64,000 nucleotides of DNA from Candidatus Moanibacter sp. (GTDB taxonomy: Bacteria; Verrucomicrobiota; Verrucomicrobiia; Opitutales; UBA2987): NCBI GenBank assembly GCA_965215885.1, contig CBDCEW010000081.1, forward strand, positions 1 to 64,000, in the 5' to 3' direction. Made by a program: the position numbers and the translations under genes. Positions 20,192 through 29,504 of this stretch are shown one piece after another. A model generated the notes under the pieces. It ran no database searches. It had not been told where the DNA came from and saw nothing but the letters and a program-made list of their open reading frames with translations. Position 1 is the stretch's first letter. Each line of letters opens with the position of its first letter.

Positions 20192-22009
20192 TTGCGGGCA
20201 GAGGCTGAACGGGCCCTGCAAACGGTGGGGGCTGTGCCTGCGCAAACGAGTTATCGCTTCGATGCCCGGGAGGACGAAGAGGGTCCTTCAGAGGTGCGCA
20301 AGACCCTGCGCCGCAAGGTGGTCAGTTTCTCCTATGGATGCTTCCAGGCGGTGGAAGTTGTGCGCGAGCAGGGGCAAGGGAGCCACCGCAACAGCTACCG
20401 TTCTGCTCGCCTGGAACAGATCGTGCCCTCGCATAGTCGCTACGCTTACGATCTGATTGCCTATGTGGGCAAGCGATGTTTGTGCGAAAGCGCCACCCTC
20501 AAAGAGGTGCACAGGGAACTGCGCGAGGGCCCGGGGCAGCTGCAGATTGCTCAAAGCAGCCTCTATGAGATGCAGCAGAAGTTTCTTTTTTATCTGGGTC
20601 GGCTGCACGCCGCGGCCGCTCCGGTGCTTAAAGATTACCTGAGCGCTCGCCCTTGCCTGCGCTGGCTGGTGGATGGGACCGTGGAACCGCAGACGCCGGT
20701 TTTCTTCGCTGTTCAGGAAGCCGACGAAGGGATCCTTTTGGGCAGCTGGAAAATGCCTTCCGAACAGAGCGAAACGATCAGTGGCTGTTTTGCCCGGGCG
20801 GCCCGGGCTTTTGGCCAACCCCACCATGTCTATCATGATTTAAGCGCTCAGATCAGCAAGGCCTGCGAGAGCGAAACCTTCCAGGCCCCCCATGGCGTCT
20901 GCCATTATCATTTCGCCCGCAATGTGGGCGAACAGCTTTATCGAAAACCCCAGCAGATGCTCAACGGGCGCTTGCGGCAATTGAAGCTCATGGAGCGCAT
21001 GCGCGAGCAACGCAAACACATCACCGCAAAGCTCCGTGACGCCCTCCGTGAAAAACACGCCCTCGTCCTGGCCGATTTGCTCACCGCCAAAGCGCTCGCA
21101 GTGCCCTTCGATCCCACCCTTGCACGGGAACTGCTCATGGCCCTGCAATTGTGGATTTTGGATTATCCCTGCGACGGTCACCGCCAGGGCTTTCCCTTCG
21201 ATCCTTACCTGCTTTATTGGCATCGGCGGGTCGTGCGCGCCCATGCCGCCCTGGAGCAGTGGCTTGCCCGCGCTCCTGCCAGTTGCTCTGTTCTGCGAAG
21301 CTTCTTTCATCTTTCGACCGGGTTGAAGCAGTATCTGGCTGATGCCCTCGTCATCGAAGCCGCTACTATCTATGAAAACGCTTTTTGCATTTTCAGCGCT
21401 TTGCGCGATGCCCTTTGGCTCAGCGCCAGCGGCCCCTGCCCTTTAAGCGACCCTTATCTGTTGCAAGCAGGACAAGCCGCTGAGCTCACCGAGGCTCTCC
21501 AGTTGCTGCGTGCCCAATATCGCCAAAAAGGCGCCTCCCTGACCAACCCCTCGAAAGCCAAACTCTACCGCACCGTGGTCACTCATCTGGACAAATACTG
21601 GCAGCGGCTGCTTCCCCCACCGGCCCATCCAGACAGCGTACGCACGACCAATGAGCTGGAAGGCACCTGGCGCACCTCCAAGCGCAAACGCCGTCAAACC
21701 CACGGGCGCAAAAATCTGACGCGCGACTTTGAAGCGCTCCCCGAAGAATACATGCTCCTGGCCAACTTACACAATCCCCGCTATGTGGAGCTGGTTTTAG
21801 GCAGTATCGATAATCTGCCCCAAAAGCTTGCCCAGGCTGCACAGAAAGCACCCCCCTTCAGTCACTGGCGGGCGAACAGAAAAACCCTCGCCGTGGGTCG
21901 ATTGCCCAAAAAGCTCCTGCGAAAAGAAAACTTCCTTGAGGAACTCTTCGAAGTCTGTAATCGCCAGGATCAATCCTTAAACCCGCAACCCCATCGGATT
22001 GCCTCCTGA
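20192..22009 (+). CDS. IS OrfB, DDE transposase with Mutator/IS256-type CxxH motif
   Basis: WLVDGT (D1), VYHDLS (D2), CHYH, long helical insertion, RTTNELE.TWR..KRKRR (E). Confidence 0.8.
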   Translation: MRAEAERALQTVGAVPAQTSYRFDAREDEEGPSEVRKTLRRKVVSFSYGCFQAVEVVREQGQGSHRNSYRSARLEQIVPSHSRYAYDLIAYVGKRCLCESATLKEVHRELREGPGQLQIAQSSLYEMQQKFLFYLGRLHAAAAPVLKDYLSARPCLRWLVDGTVEPQTPVFFAVQEADEGILLGSWKMPSEQSETISGCFARAARAFGQPHHVYHDLSAQISKACESETFQAPHGVCHYHFARNVGEQLYRKPQQMLNGRLRQLKLMERMREQRKHITAKLRDALREKHALVLADLLTAKALAVPFDPTLARELLMALQLWILDYPCDGHRQGFPFDPYLLYWHRRVVRAHAALEQWLARAPASCSVLRSFFHLSTGLKQYLADALVIEAATIYENAFCIFSALRDALWLSASGPCPLSDPYLLQAGQAAELTEALQLLRAQYRQKGASLTNPSKAKLYRTVVTHLDKYWQRLLPPPAHPDSVRTTNELEGTWRTSKRKRRQTHGRKNLTRDFEALPEEYMLLANLHNPRYVELVLGSIDNLPQKLAQAAQKAPPFSHWRANRKTLAVGRLPKKLLRKENFLEELFEVCNRQDQSLNPQPHRIAS

Positions 22010-22249
22010 CAACGACTCCAGTGCCCTCCCTCTGCTCCCCATTTTCTTCATGCTCTAACCAGAGAACTCCACGCAATTTGCGGGCCAACCGAAATTCAGA
22101 ACGATGGGCACAAGACCGGGGCAGCCAGCAATCGAAGGCATGACGCTAAACACGTACGATCCGATCGGATCATAAAGATTTGCACCGTTATGTGGAGAGC
22201 AACGAGTCAGGCGGTTTGGTAAACAGGCGGCTAAATGGTTACACAACAG

Positions 22250-22362
22250 AATATTACGCGAATATAGCGATCATGGAGCGTTTTGAGATCGATGAGATCA
22301 TCAGTTTTGATCGGGGATTCGACGAATGTGCTGGGATTCGCCGGTTATCCGCGCCACACTGA
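22250..22362 (+). pseudogene. vapC: VapC C-terminal remnant
   Basis: NIAIMERFEIDEIISFDRGFDECAGIRRL is a typical PIN-domain C-terminus. Confidence 0.6.
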
Positions 22363-22462
22363 CCGAAGACGATTTTTCGATTTATTCAACCGGCAGTGCG
22401 TTCTGGTCCCAGTGAGAGGCGTTATGGTATTCCTTCAACTTCCTCTCTTTCAGGCTGATTCC

Positions 22463-22492
22463 TTGACAGTATTCAGAGCATGGAGCCATACT
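22463..22492 (+). promoter_or_regulatory. Possible sigma70 promoter of the PhyH-NUDIX gene
   Basis: TTGACA-N18-CATACT, 28 nt upstream of ATG 22521. Confidence 0.4.
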
Positions 22493-22520
22493 AGTCGGTA
22501 GAGGAACGATTTGAGTATCA

Positions 22521-23747
22521 ATGCAGTCGCGCACGCTAACTGAAGAGGAGATTGTTACTTATAGGGAATCCGGATTCATCAAGGCAGGCGGTATCGTCAG
22601 TAGCGATGAACTCGACCGCTTCGCCGGCGCAGTCGATAATGAAATTGAGAAAGGGCGGGTGAGGGACGTCTCTGGCCCGAAAGAGGGACAAAGTGCGACA
22701 TTTTCGGTGCTCGTGGAAGGTTGCATCCAGGAGCCGGGGATAAACTTCATGGTCGATCATCCAGGCATCGTGGGTGCTGTTGAGTGCCTGCTCGGTGGGC
22801 CGGCCCGTCTCTCTTCGTTTTCCATTCATATTAAGAGACCAGGATGGCTCGGCACGGATGGAGACTATGAGGGCACACACGGGCGCCGCCATTGTGATTA
22901 CAAACCTTTCCGCCCGGTTGGTTCCTCCATGAACTGGCTTTTCACTATAATACCGCTTGTCGACTGCATTGGAGAAATTGGGCCTTTGCTGGTGTCGCCC
23001 GGTTCCCATCGGTGTTTCCGGACCGTACGCTATGGCCGTGTAACAAAAGGGCAGCGCGCCAAGGGTACAGAGATCCCTGAGTTTGTGGACACAGAGTTGA
23101 AACGGGGAGAAGTGCTTTTCATGGATGGTTTCACCTGGCATGAGGCATATCCGAATCGCTCCGATCGGAACCGAATTGGGATTTACAATAAGTACATGGC
23201 AGCGAACGCGCCGCCGGGTTGCGGTCCCTATCTCTTCAGTGATCGGAACTACAATGTAATCAAAAGCAGAGGCAGTGATCTTTTGAATAATCACAGTGAT
23301 CGATTGATCGCTTCGACCCGATTGATTCTGGAGTGCAGGGACAGGGTACTGTTCCTGAAATCGAAGAATGGTTTGATGTCACTTCCGGGCGGGTCTGCCC
23401 AAACAAAGAAAAAGATCTCCGGCTCGAATGATGACAACGTCATCGAACACCTCTATGCCTCCCTCAAAGAGCAATTGGGTATCGAATTTCCATGGGTCAG
23501 TTACGTGGGCGATTTCGCGGACAACGGAAATGGTGATCTCTGCAGAGTCTATGCCTACCCCGAGCTTGCAGAGTCTCAGATTGAGAATCTCAACGGAAAA
23601 GATGTGGCATGGCTGGGTGAAGCGGAAATCTCGTCGGAAGCTCGAAACGGGAAGTTGGAATTGGGGTTCGAGTTGGACGCGGTTCGCCGGTGGCTCCATG
23701 AACCGCTCCTCCGCGGCATCGGACAGTCCAGATCCCAGGTCACATGA
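22521..23747 (+). CDS. PhyH-family dioxygenase fused to a degenerate NUDIX-like domain
   Basis: HCD..., GPLLVSPGSH, GEVLFMDGFTWHEAYPNRSDRNR; C-terminal RVLFLK...SLPGG...SLKEQLGI. Confidence 0.75.
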   Translation: MQSRTLTEEEIVTYRESGFIKAGGIVSSDELDRFAGAVDNEIEKGRVRDVSGPKEGQSATFSVLVEGCIQEPGINFMVDHPGIVGAVECLLGGPARLSSFSIHIKRPGWLGTDGDYEGTHGRRHCDYKPFRPVGSSMNWLFTIIPLVDCIGEIGPLLVSPGSHRCFRTVRYGRVTKGQRAKGTEIPEFVDTELKRGEVLFMDGFTWHEAYPNRSDRNRIGIYNKYMAANAPPGCGPYLFSDRNYNVIKSRGSDLLNNHSDRLIASTRLILECRDRVLFLKSKNGLMSLPGGSAQTKKKISGSNDDNVIEHLYASLKEQLGIEFPWVSYVGDFADNGNGDLCRVYAYPELAESQIENLNGKDVAWLGEAEISSEARNGKLELGFELDAVRRWLHEPLLRGIGQSRSQVT

Positions 23748-23916
23748 GGAATCTTAAGCTGAATCCCTTGGAAGGTGAATCGAATCTCACCCCTAACCCG
23801 AACAACGATCCCGTGTCGTCGCTCCGTATATGCGCGTGATGTCGAAGGTAAAAGATATTTTCCTGGCAAAGTCAGGACTTACAAGGGTTGTGTACGGTGA
23901 TCGGTCATAATTGAGG

Positions 23917-24105
23917 CTAGCCCGAACATTTCACAAACCATCTAATGCGACCACGGATGTCACTGCGCCTCAAGGTCTTCTCTTGTCCGGCGACCTCAGA
24001 GAGTTCCAACACACTGTCGCCCGCCGGACTGCGAAAAGACCTTGATCCGCAGTCCCGGCGCGCCGGGACAGTCTCGCTACGATGTGTGTGAAATGTCCGG
24101 GCTAG
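23917..24105. mobile_element. MITE with CTAG duplication, copy 2
   Basis: Same termini as, and colinear with, 1967-2157. Confidence 0.85.
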
Positions 24106-24502
24106 AGAAAGCCCGAGAGCAAAGAGTCGATCAATCGCGGTGCTTATTTCTAATTTTCAATAAATGAAAAATACGCCTCGATTATCATTATAACGACAGC
24201 TGTCAGCGGGGTGACGAACTCCTCCTCGGGGGTTGCCGCCTGTATCTTCTCTCGAGTGGAGACCGCCTACTTCACCATCGGTACCTACGCCCTTGGCAAT
24301 ACCGGTCACTTGCGCGACTTCGCCTAGCCGGTCGATCCATCGCTGGCGTGTAGCAGCGACAGCGGTGTCACCGAAGCAGTGCGAAAAAGCCTGCTTGGTC
24401 GAAATGAAGATCATGAGTCAACACATTGCGAATCTTGAATTCGCCCATGACTACAAAACTGCTGCAATCCGTGAAGGAATATCCCTGATCGAATAGAGAT
24501 CG

Positions 24503-24658
24503 GTTATAACTTTCGTCCTTCATCGCTCGATCACCGTAAGGAGCAGTGGTATGGCAACTGCATCAGCGGGCTAACTCTTTGTTATAACTTTCGTCCTTCA
24601 TCGCTCGATCACCGTAAGGAGCAGTGGTATGGCAACTGCATCAGCGGGCTAACTCTTT
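24503..24658. repeat. Exact 78-bp tandem duplication
   Basis: 24503-24580 equals 24581-24658; a diverged reverse-complement copy lies at ~11170-11241. Confidence 0.9.
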
Positions 24659-24666
24659 GCGAATCC

Positions 24667-25728
24667 TTAGAAACCTGTCCCGGCTTGCTGGGACTGGGAA
24701 TGATCAAGTTCGACAGCTGTCCCCGAAGAGCTCGATTCCATAATGGCGCGGATGAGGCGAAGAGCTGCAATTCCCTCAGCGGCGCCTACTTGGGGCTGAC
24801 TGCCGTTACGAATGCAGCGGGCGAAATCCTCGAGTTCTGCCTGAAGCGCGGTAGTGAAGTTTTCAGGACCATCCCATTCCAGGGGTTTAATTTTCGGTTT
24901 TAGATGTTTAGCGCGTACCGGATCGATAATCTCCTGCCAGAAAAGTTCCTGCCCGGCGCGTCTGTAATGAATTGCCGCTTTTGTCCCGAAGATTGAAATC
25001 TCACTAAGATAGGCGGAAACCTGGTGGGTCATGAGGGTGGCGAGGACCCCGGATTCAAACTCGAGGCTGGCCGTTGCCATGCTGGGAACTGCACTTGGAG
25101 AGAGGCGGTTGCTGACATGGCCCATCACCCGCTTCACTGGTCCGAGAAAATAGAGGAGCAGATCGGCGTAGTGAACAGCGAGGTTATCGAGCGGACCGCC
25201 GGGTATTTTCTCAAGCTCCAATTCCCAGTCACCATCCGAGTACTGGGGAACGAGAGTGGCGCCTAAAGCCGCAGTGGCGAGAGCTATCTCGCCGAGGTCT
25301 CCATTTTCGATGAGCGCCTTGACCTTTCTGGCGGAGCCGACCCAACGGTGCTGCAGGCCAACAGCGAGAACGAGGTTTTTCTTCATGGCGCTCTCGCGCA
25401 TCTCTTCTGCCTCTCCAATGGAGTTCGCGATGGGCTTTTCGACGAAGACATGCTTCCCGGCCGCAAAGCTGGCGATTGCTTGCGGGTGATGAAGGAAGTG
25501 GGGTGTTGGAAGCAGTACCGCTTCTACCGTCTCGTCGGCGAGCATTTCTTCAAACGATGCATATGATCGGCCTCCATAGGTATTCAGGATGTCGTTGCGA
25601 TTTGCTTCGTTTCGACTCCAGACGCCGGCCATTTGGAGGAGGGCGGATTTAGAGGCGGCGTCAAGGAGGAGGCGACCCCAGCGTGCCGGAGAAGCAATAG
25701 CAAATGAGACTGGATTCTGTTCGGTCAT
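24667..25728 (-). CDS. Gfo/Idh/MocA oxidoreductase
   Basis: PTPHFLH, GKHVFVEKP, GGPLDNLAVHYADL. Confidence 0.9.
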   Translation of the reverse strand: MTEQNPVSFAIASPARWGRLLLDAASKSALLQMAGVWSRNEANRNDILNTYGGRSYASFEEMLADETVEAVLLPTPHFLHHPQAIASFAAGKHVFVEKPIANSIGEAEEMRESAMKKNLVLAVGLQHRWVGSARKVKALIENGDLGEIALATAALGATLVPQYSDGDWELELEKIPGGPLDNLAVHYADLLLYFLGPVKRVMGHVSNRLSPSAVPSMATASLEFESGVLATLMTHQVSAYLSEISIFGTKAAIHYRRAGQELFWQEIIDPVRAKHLKPKIKPLEWDGPENFTTALQAELEDFARCIRNGSQPQVGAAEGIAALRLIRAIMESSSSGTAVELDHSQSQQAGTGF

Positions 25729-25861
25729 GGTGAATCGATATGGACGTTGGGTCCGTAGAAGCATTCATTCTGCCGGAGCTTTTCCTTTATGCGGTTGGAG
25801 CGCACAGGACGAATTATTAGGTGAGCGGGTCGTCCTCGTCACGCGTTTATTGCAGGAGACA

Positions 25862-26917
25862 TCAACGGTAGAGCCACTCGATGGGGAAACGGACCATCTT
25901 GAGGCTTCGCGCACCATCGAATTGGAAGCGATGGGAATCGATGGAGGGCATATGGTAGTAGGTAATCAACACCTTGTCTTGAAAGAAGCTGCAACTCGGA
26001 TAGCTGAATGCATCGTGTGGATCATCTTCCAAAACCCTTCGGGCCGTGTGTGGCCAGGAAGCTCCGTTGTCGCGGCTGAGAGCACAGGAGAGACGCCGGC
26101 GTTTTCCCCCGATTCCGTCCGTGCTGTCATAATGCCAGTTCCACAGGAGGAGAAGGTCTTTGGATTCCGGTATTCGGCGGATAATTGATGGTGCGATCGG
26201 GGCCACAACTTCCATGGAACGTAAGTTGTGCCATGAAACACCACTATCTTGCGACTCGGCCCGATAGATCGACCCCATTGCAGTGCGAGCGATGAGGAGG
26301 AGAGACCCGTCGGCGCGTTCGACAACATCGGGTTCAATGATCCCAGACTCCATGGCGTCGACTCGGGGGAGATTCAGTTTGTCGCTCGACTGCCACGAGC
26401 GTCCGCCGTCATCAGAACGGTTTACGACTCCGTAGAGGTAGTGCGAGTCCCAGTCATCAGTACAGTGAAGAGGGGCGATAAGCCGTCCGCTGGACAGGAC
26501 CGTAAAACGATCGTGACCACCGGTCTTGTAGCCGCCAGGCGCGACCACGATCGGTTCTGACCATGTGCTTCCTTCGTCCTCGGATCGACGAAAGTGGCGG
26601 CAGGCGTCGCGAACTGAATTGCGGAAGTTATAGAGCATACCGATGTCGCCGTCCGGGAGACGGCGCAGAGCGGGTGACATCACGTTCAAACCGGCTGAGT
26701 TATCTATGAGAGTTCGTTCCTCGGCCCAGGTATCACCGCCGTCGGACGATATCATCGCGCAGATTGCGGCACGGGCATTGTCGTGGCTACCGCCAAACTT
26801 TGACCACGCAATGAGGAGTCGCCCATCCGCGAGTTCCACGATGGATGCTTCGGAATGCCGAGAAAATGTTTCGTCTGCACTTCTCACAGTGCTCTTGAGC
26901 GGAAAATCCGTTTTCAT
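25862..26917 (-). CDS. BNR/Asp-box sialidase-like protein
   Basis: SSDGGDTW, SEDEGSTW, SDDGGRSW, SQDSGVSW, SRDNGASW; paralog of 7862-10857. Confidence 0.85.
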   Translation of the reverse strand: MKTDFPLKSTVRSADETFSRHSEASIVELADGRLLIAWSKFGGSHDNARAAICAMISSDGGDTWAEERTLIDNSAGLNVMSPALRRLPDGDIGMLYNFRNSVRDACRHFRRSEDEGSTWSEPIVVAPGGYKTGGHDRFTVLSSGRLIAPLHCTDDWDSHYLYGVVNRSDDGGRSWQSSDKLNLPRVDAMESGIIEPDVVERADGSLLLIARTAMGSIYRAESQDSGVSWHNLRSMEVVAPIAPSIIRRIPESKDLLLLWNWHYDSTDGIGGKRRRLSCALSRDNGASWPHTARRVLEDDPHDAFSYPSCSFFQDKVLITYYHMPSIDSHRFQFDGARSLKMVRFPIEWLYR

Positions 26918-27061
26918 TCTCAGAGATGGTAGGTCGACCGGAAATTGGCGGGATTTTCTTTTCGGATCATTTTTGTGAGGAGTGCAAGTTGGCTCAGTGC
27001 TCGGCGGACAGTTGTAATGCAAAGCTCCTACACAGGCTGGAAGCCTGTGCCACTTTACCCC

Positions 27062-27484
27062 TCAGTGGTGGACAACGACCAATCCGGAATCCACTGATAC
27101 GGGGTAGGTCTCGGCGGATGGCCGATTTGCGGAATCTTCCGGGCGGTCCTCGACGGTTACCTCGTAGGCCCGCGCCCGATACCGTTGGGGGCTAACGATG
27201 GACCGGCCGTTGGTAACATCGAATTCCCACCCGTGCCAAGGGCAGCGGAGAATCTCGCCTTCGCGGCTGAATCGAAATTCATGAGGTCGCGGCGAATCGC
27301 GGTATTCGACGAGCCGGCCATTGCAGAGCGGACCTCCCTGGTGGGGGCAGCGATTGCGAAGGGCATAGAACTTACCCTTCACATTGAATACACCGACAGA
27401 GATGCCATCGATTTCGACGATCTTACGCTGGCCGGCAGCGATCTCGGCAGCGGGTGCGACTGCGTAGCGCTTTTCTTTGTTCAT
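27062..27484 (-). CDS. Rieske [2Fe-2S] ferredoxin
   Basis: CPHQG and CPWHG motifs; overlaps the stop of the upstream amidohydrolase. Confidence 0.92.
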   Translation of the reverse strand: MNKEKRYAVAPAAEIAAGQRKIVEIDGISVGVFNVKGKFYALRNRCPHQGGPLCNGRLVEYRDSPRPHEFRFSREGEILRCPWHGWEFDVTNGRSIVSPQRYRARAYEVTVEDRPEDSANRPSAETYPVSVDSGLVVVHH

Positions 27485-28659
27485 TCGGCCTTTGTAGTTT
27501 CGATAGCAACCCTATCAGTGAGACCGTAAAGTCTGGAGGCGTTTTCAAAAAATATGCGGTGGCGCCACTCCTCCGACAAGCCTGGCAGGGCGTGTCTGGG
27601 CGAATCGAAGTCGAAGTGGGGATAGTCGCTCGAGTACATGAGAAAATCCACAGCGTTTACCATTTCGAGGAGTTGCAGGAGGTGGCTGGGATTGTCAGGA
27701 CTTTCCGCCGGTTGGGTCGTAATGCGAACGTGATCGGCAAGGTAATCGAGGGGGCGCCGGCTCATCCATGGGACTTCCATACGCATCGCTTTGTAATGAT
27801 TGTCGAAGCGCCAGAGGAGGGGAACGATCCAGGCGAATCCGCCTTCTACGAGAACGACTTTCAAATTGGGAAAGCGTTCAAAGACGCCTTCTGTAATGAA
27901 ACTTACGAGGTGAGCCTGGAACCCGAGTGAGAGAAGGGTGTGCCATTCTATGATGGTCGAGGGAAAGCCGGGCGTCGGCTGGCAATTGATTCCGGAGCCG
28001 TCAGTTCCCGGATGGATTGCGAAGGGAAGCCCATTACGTTCGCAGGCCTCGTATATCGGATAGTACTGGCGTTGGCCAAAGGGCGCGCGGGCTCCGGAAT
28101 CGACCATGACCTGCACGATGTGCGGGTGATTTCCGACCCGATCGATCTCGCGGGCGGCTGCCTCGGGGTCCTGCTGAGCGACGTTCATGGAACCCTTGAA
28201 AACGCCGTCGGAATTGTACTCTTCCAACCATGTCTCGATCAACCAATCGTTAAAGGCAGAAGCCAGGGCCGCGGCGTAGTCGGGATTGGGGTACATATTG
28301 CAGAAGGCCCGGGGCATAAGAACTGCGTGATCGATTCCGAACTCATCAATGTGTTGCTGCCGCAGAAAATCCGGGTCGGAACCGGGACTGCCTCCATCGG
28401 GTGGAAATGCATCTCCCCGACCTCCGATGATACGAGAGGCATTGTTGTAGAAGGGACGGGACTCGCCGTGATATGAGCCCTTCCAAGCGCGTGCTAGACG
28501 ACTGTTGATCTCCTCGTCCGTTTTGGGATAAACGTGGACATCCGAGTCGATAATGGAGCTTCGTGCTCGATCGTGCCCGAAATTTGGATTCTTCATCGTT
28601 TTTTCAAGGCTTCTTTTCTTTGTGGGTATAGGAACCTTGGTAGGGTTCGGTTTCTGCAT
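27481..28659 (-). CDS. Amidohydrolase-2 family protein
   Basis: IDSDVH, AIHP, GVFERFPNLKVVLVEGG, YSSDYPH. Confidence 0.9.
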   Translation of the reverse strand: MQKPNPTKVPIPTKKRSLEKTMKNPNFGHDRARSSIIDSDVHVYPKTDEEINSRLARAWKGSYHGESRPFYNNASRIIGGRGDAFPPDGGSPGSDPDFLRQQHIDEFGIDHAVLMPRAFCNMYPNPDYAAALASAFNDWLIETWLEEYNSDGVFKGSMNVAQQDPEAAAREIDRVGNHPHIVQVMVDSGARAPFGQRQYYPIYEACERNGLPFAIHPGTDGSGINCQPTPGFPSTIIEWHTLLSLGFQAHLVSFITEGVFERFPNLKVVLVEGGFAWIVPLLWRFDNHYKAMRMEVPWMSRRPLDYLADHVRITTQPAESPDNPSHLLQLLEMVNAVDFLMYSSDYPHFDFDSPRHALPGLSEEWRHRIFFENASRLYGLTDRVAIETTKAE

Positions 28660-28880
28660 GACAATTCATTCTCATAGCGGTCACAATTGGAGCAAGCAGG
28701 GGCAGTTCCATATCCCCACCGTTCGACTGACCGAAATTACAAACTCGAGTAATGAAAATCCAGTTAATTCTTGACAGAAATCGATACAGATTCCCATGGA
28801 TTGCGATGAGCGAGTTGGCACTCGGCGGTTGTAACACGACAACTGATCATCGTGGCTTCGCACTTCGGAGACCAACAGGC

Positions 28881-28950
28881 GTAGGAAGCTCGCTTGCGAG
28901 CGATTCGACTGCCCAATCCATCCCGAATCGCTCGCGAGCGAGCTTACTAC
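28881..28950. repeat. GTAG-type REP doublet
   Basis: GTAGGAAGCTCGCTTGCGAGCGATTCG ... CGAATCGCTCGCGAGCGAGCTTACTAC. Confidence 0.75.
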
Positions 28951-29504
28951 CCTCGCGGTGAAACAGAAAGAAATTGAAAAACGAATTGGATAATGAAGAT
29001 GGGGACACCGCTGAAAGAGCCGCGTTCTTGCGAACACGGCTAAACTGCGACATATCTCTTAGCTGCAGATGAGAATGCACCTTTACTATGTCATTGTGAG
29101 CGGAGGCTTTTATGAGCGATAAAAATTGTCAACTGACACGAACTGAACGGTGCCCGATCTGCGTGGTCGGCGCATCTCCAGCCGGGATTGTGGCCGCTGT
29201 GCGGGTCGCCCGGGAAGGGCAGAGGGTGATGCTAGTCTCGGGACACCGGCACATCGGAGGTGTTCTCTCAAATGGATTGAGCTGCTGGGACAGCTGGTAC
29301 GACGGCTTCCGCGCTCCGATCCAGGCGGATTGGTTGGAGAAGATCCGCCACCACTACCGCGAAACCTATGGCGAGGATTCGGAGGAGTTTCGGATCTCGC
29401 AAAGCGGTCCTTTCGGCGGGGGAAAGTATAAGGGCAGCTATACCTGGGAACCACACATCGCGGAACGCATGTTCGAGGAACTCGTTTCCGCGGAAACGAA
29501 TATC

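Larger units (their letters stand above)
19154..22106 (+). mobile_element. Unclassified two-ORF insertion sequence, copy 1 (2953 bp)
   Basis: Near-identical to 36854-39797; TIRs CATAATTACGAAATTGGGTTGG vs CATCGTTCTGAATTTCGGTTGG (16/22); flanked by GGC(G/A)CAAGACC direct repeat. Confidence 0.92.
17549..22157. repeat. Second copy of the nested palindromic element, split into three pieces (17549-17589, 18964-19153, 22107-22157) by two IS insertions
   Basis: The pieces are colinear with 4464-4711 once both IS and one copy of each duplication are removed. Confidence 0.9.

Noticed and set aside
17590..22106. Single composite transposon
   Set aside because: Each IS has its own TIRs and target duplication, and the two-ORF element occurs alone at 36854.
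24503..24658. CRISPR array or hammerhead ribozyme
   Set aside because: Two abutting copies with no spacer. The reverse strand has CTGATGC rather than the CUGANGA core, and I could not build the three stems.
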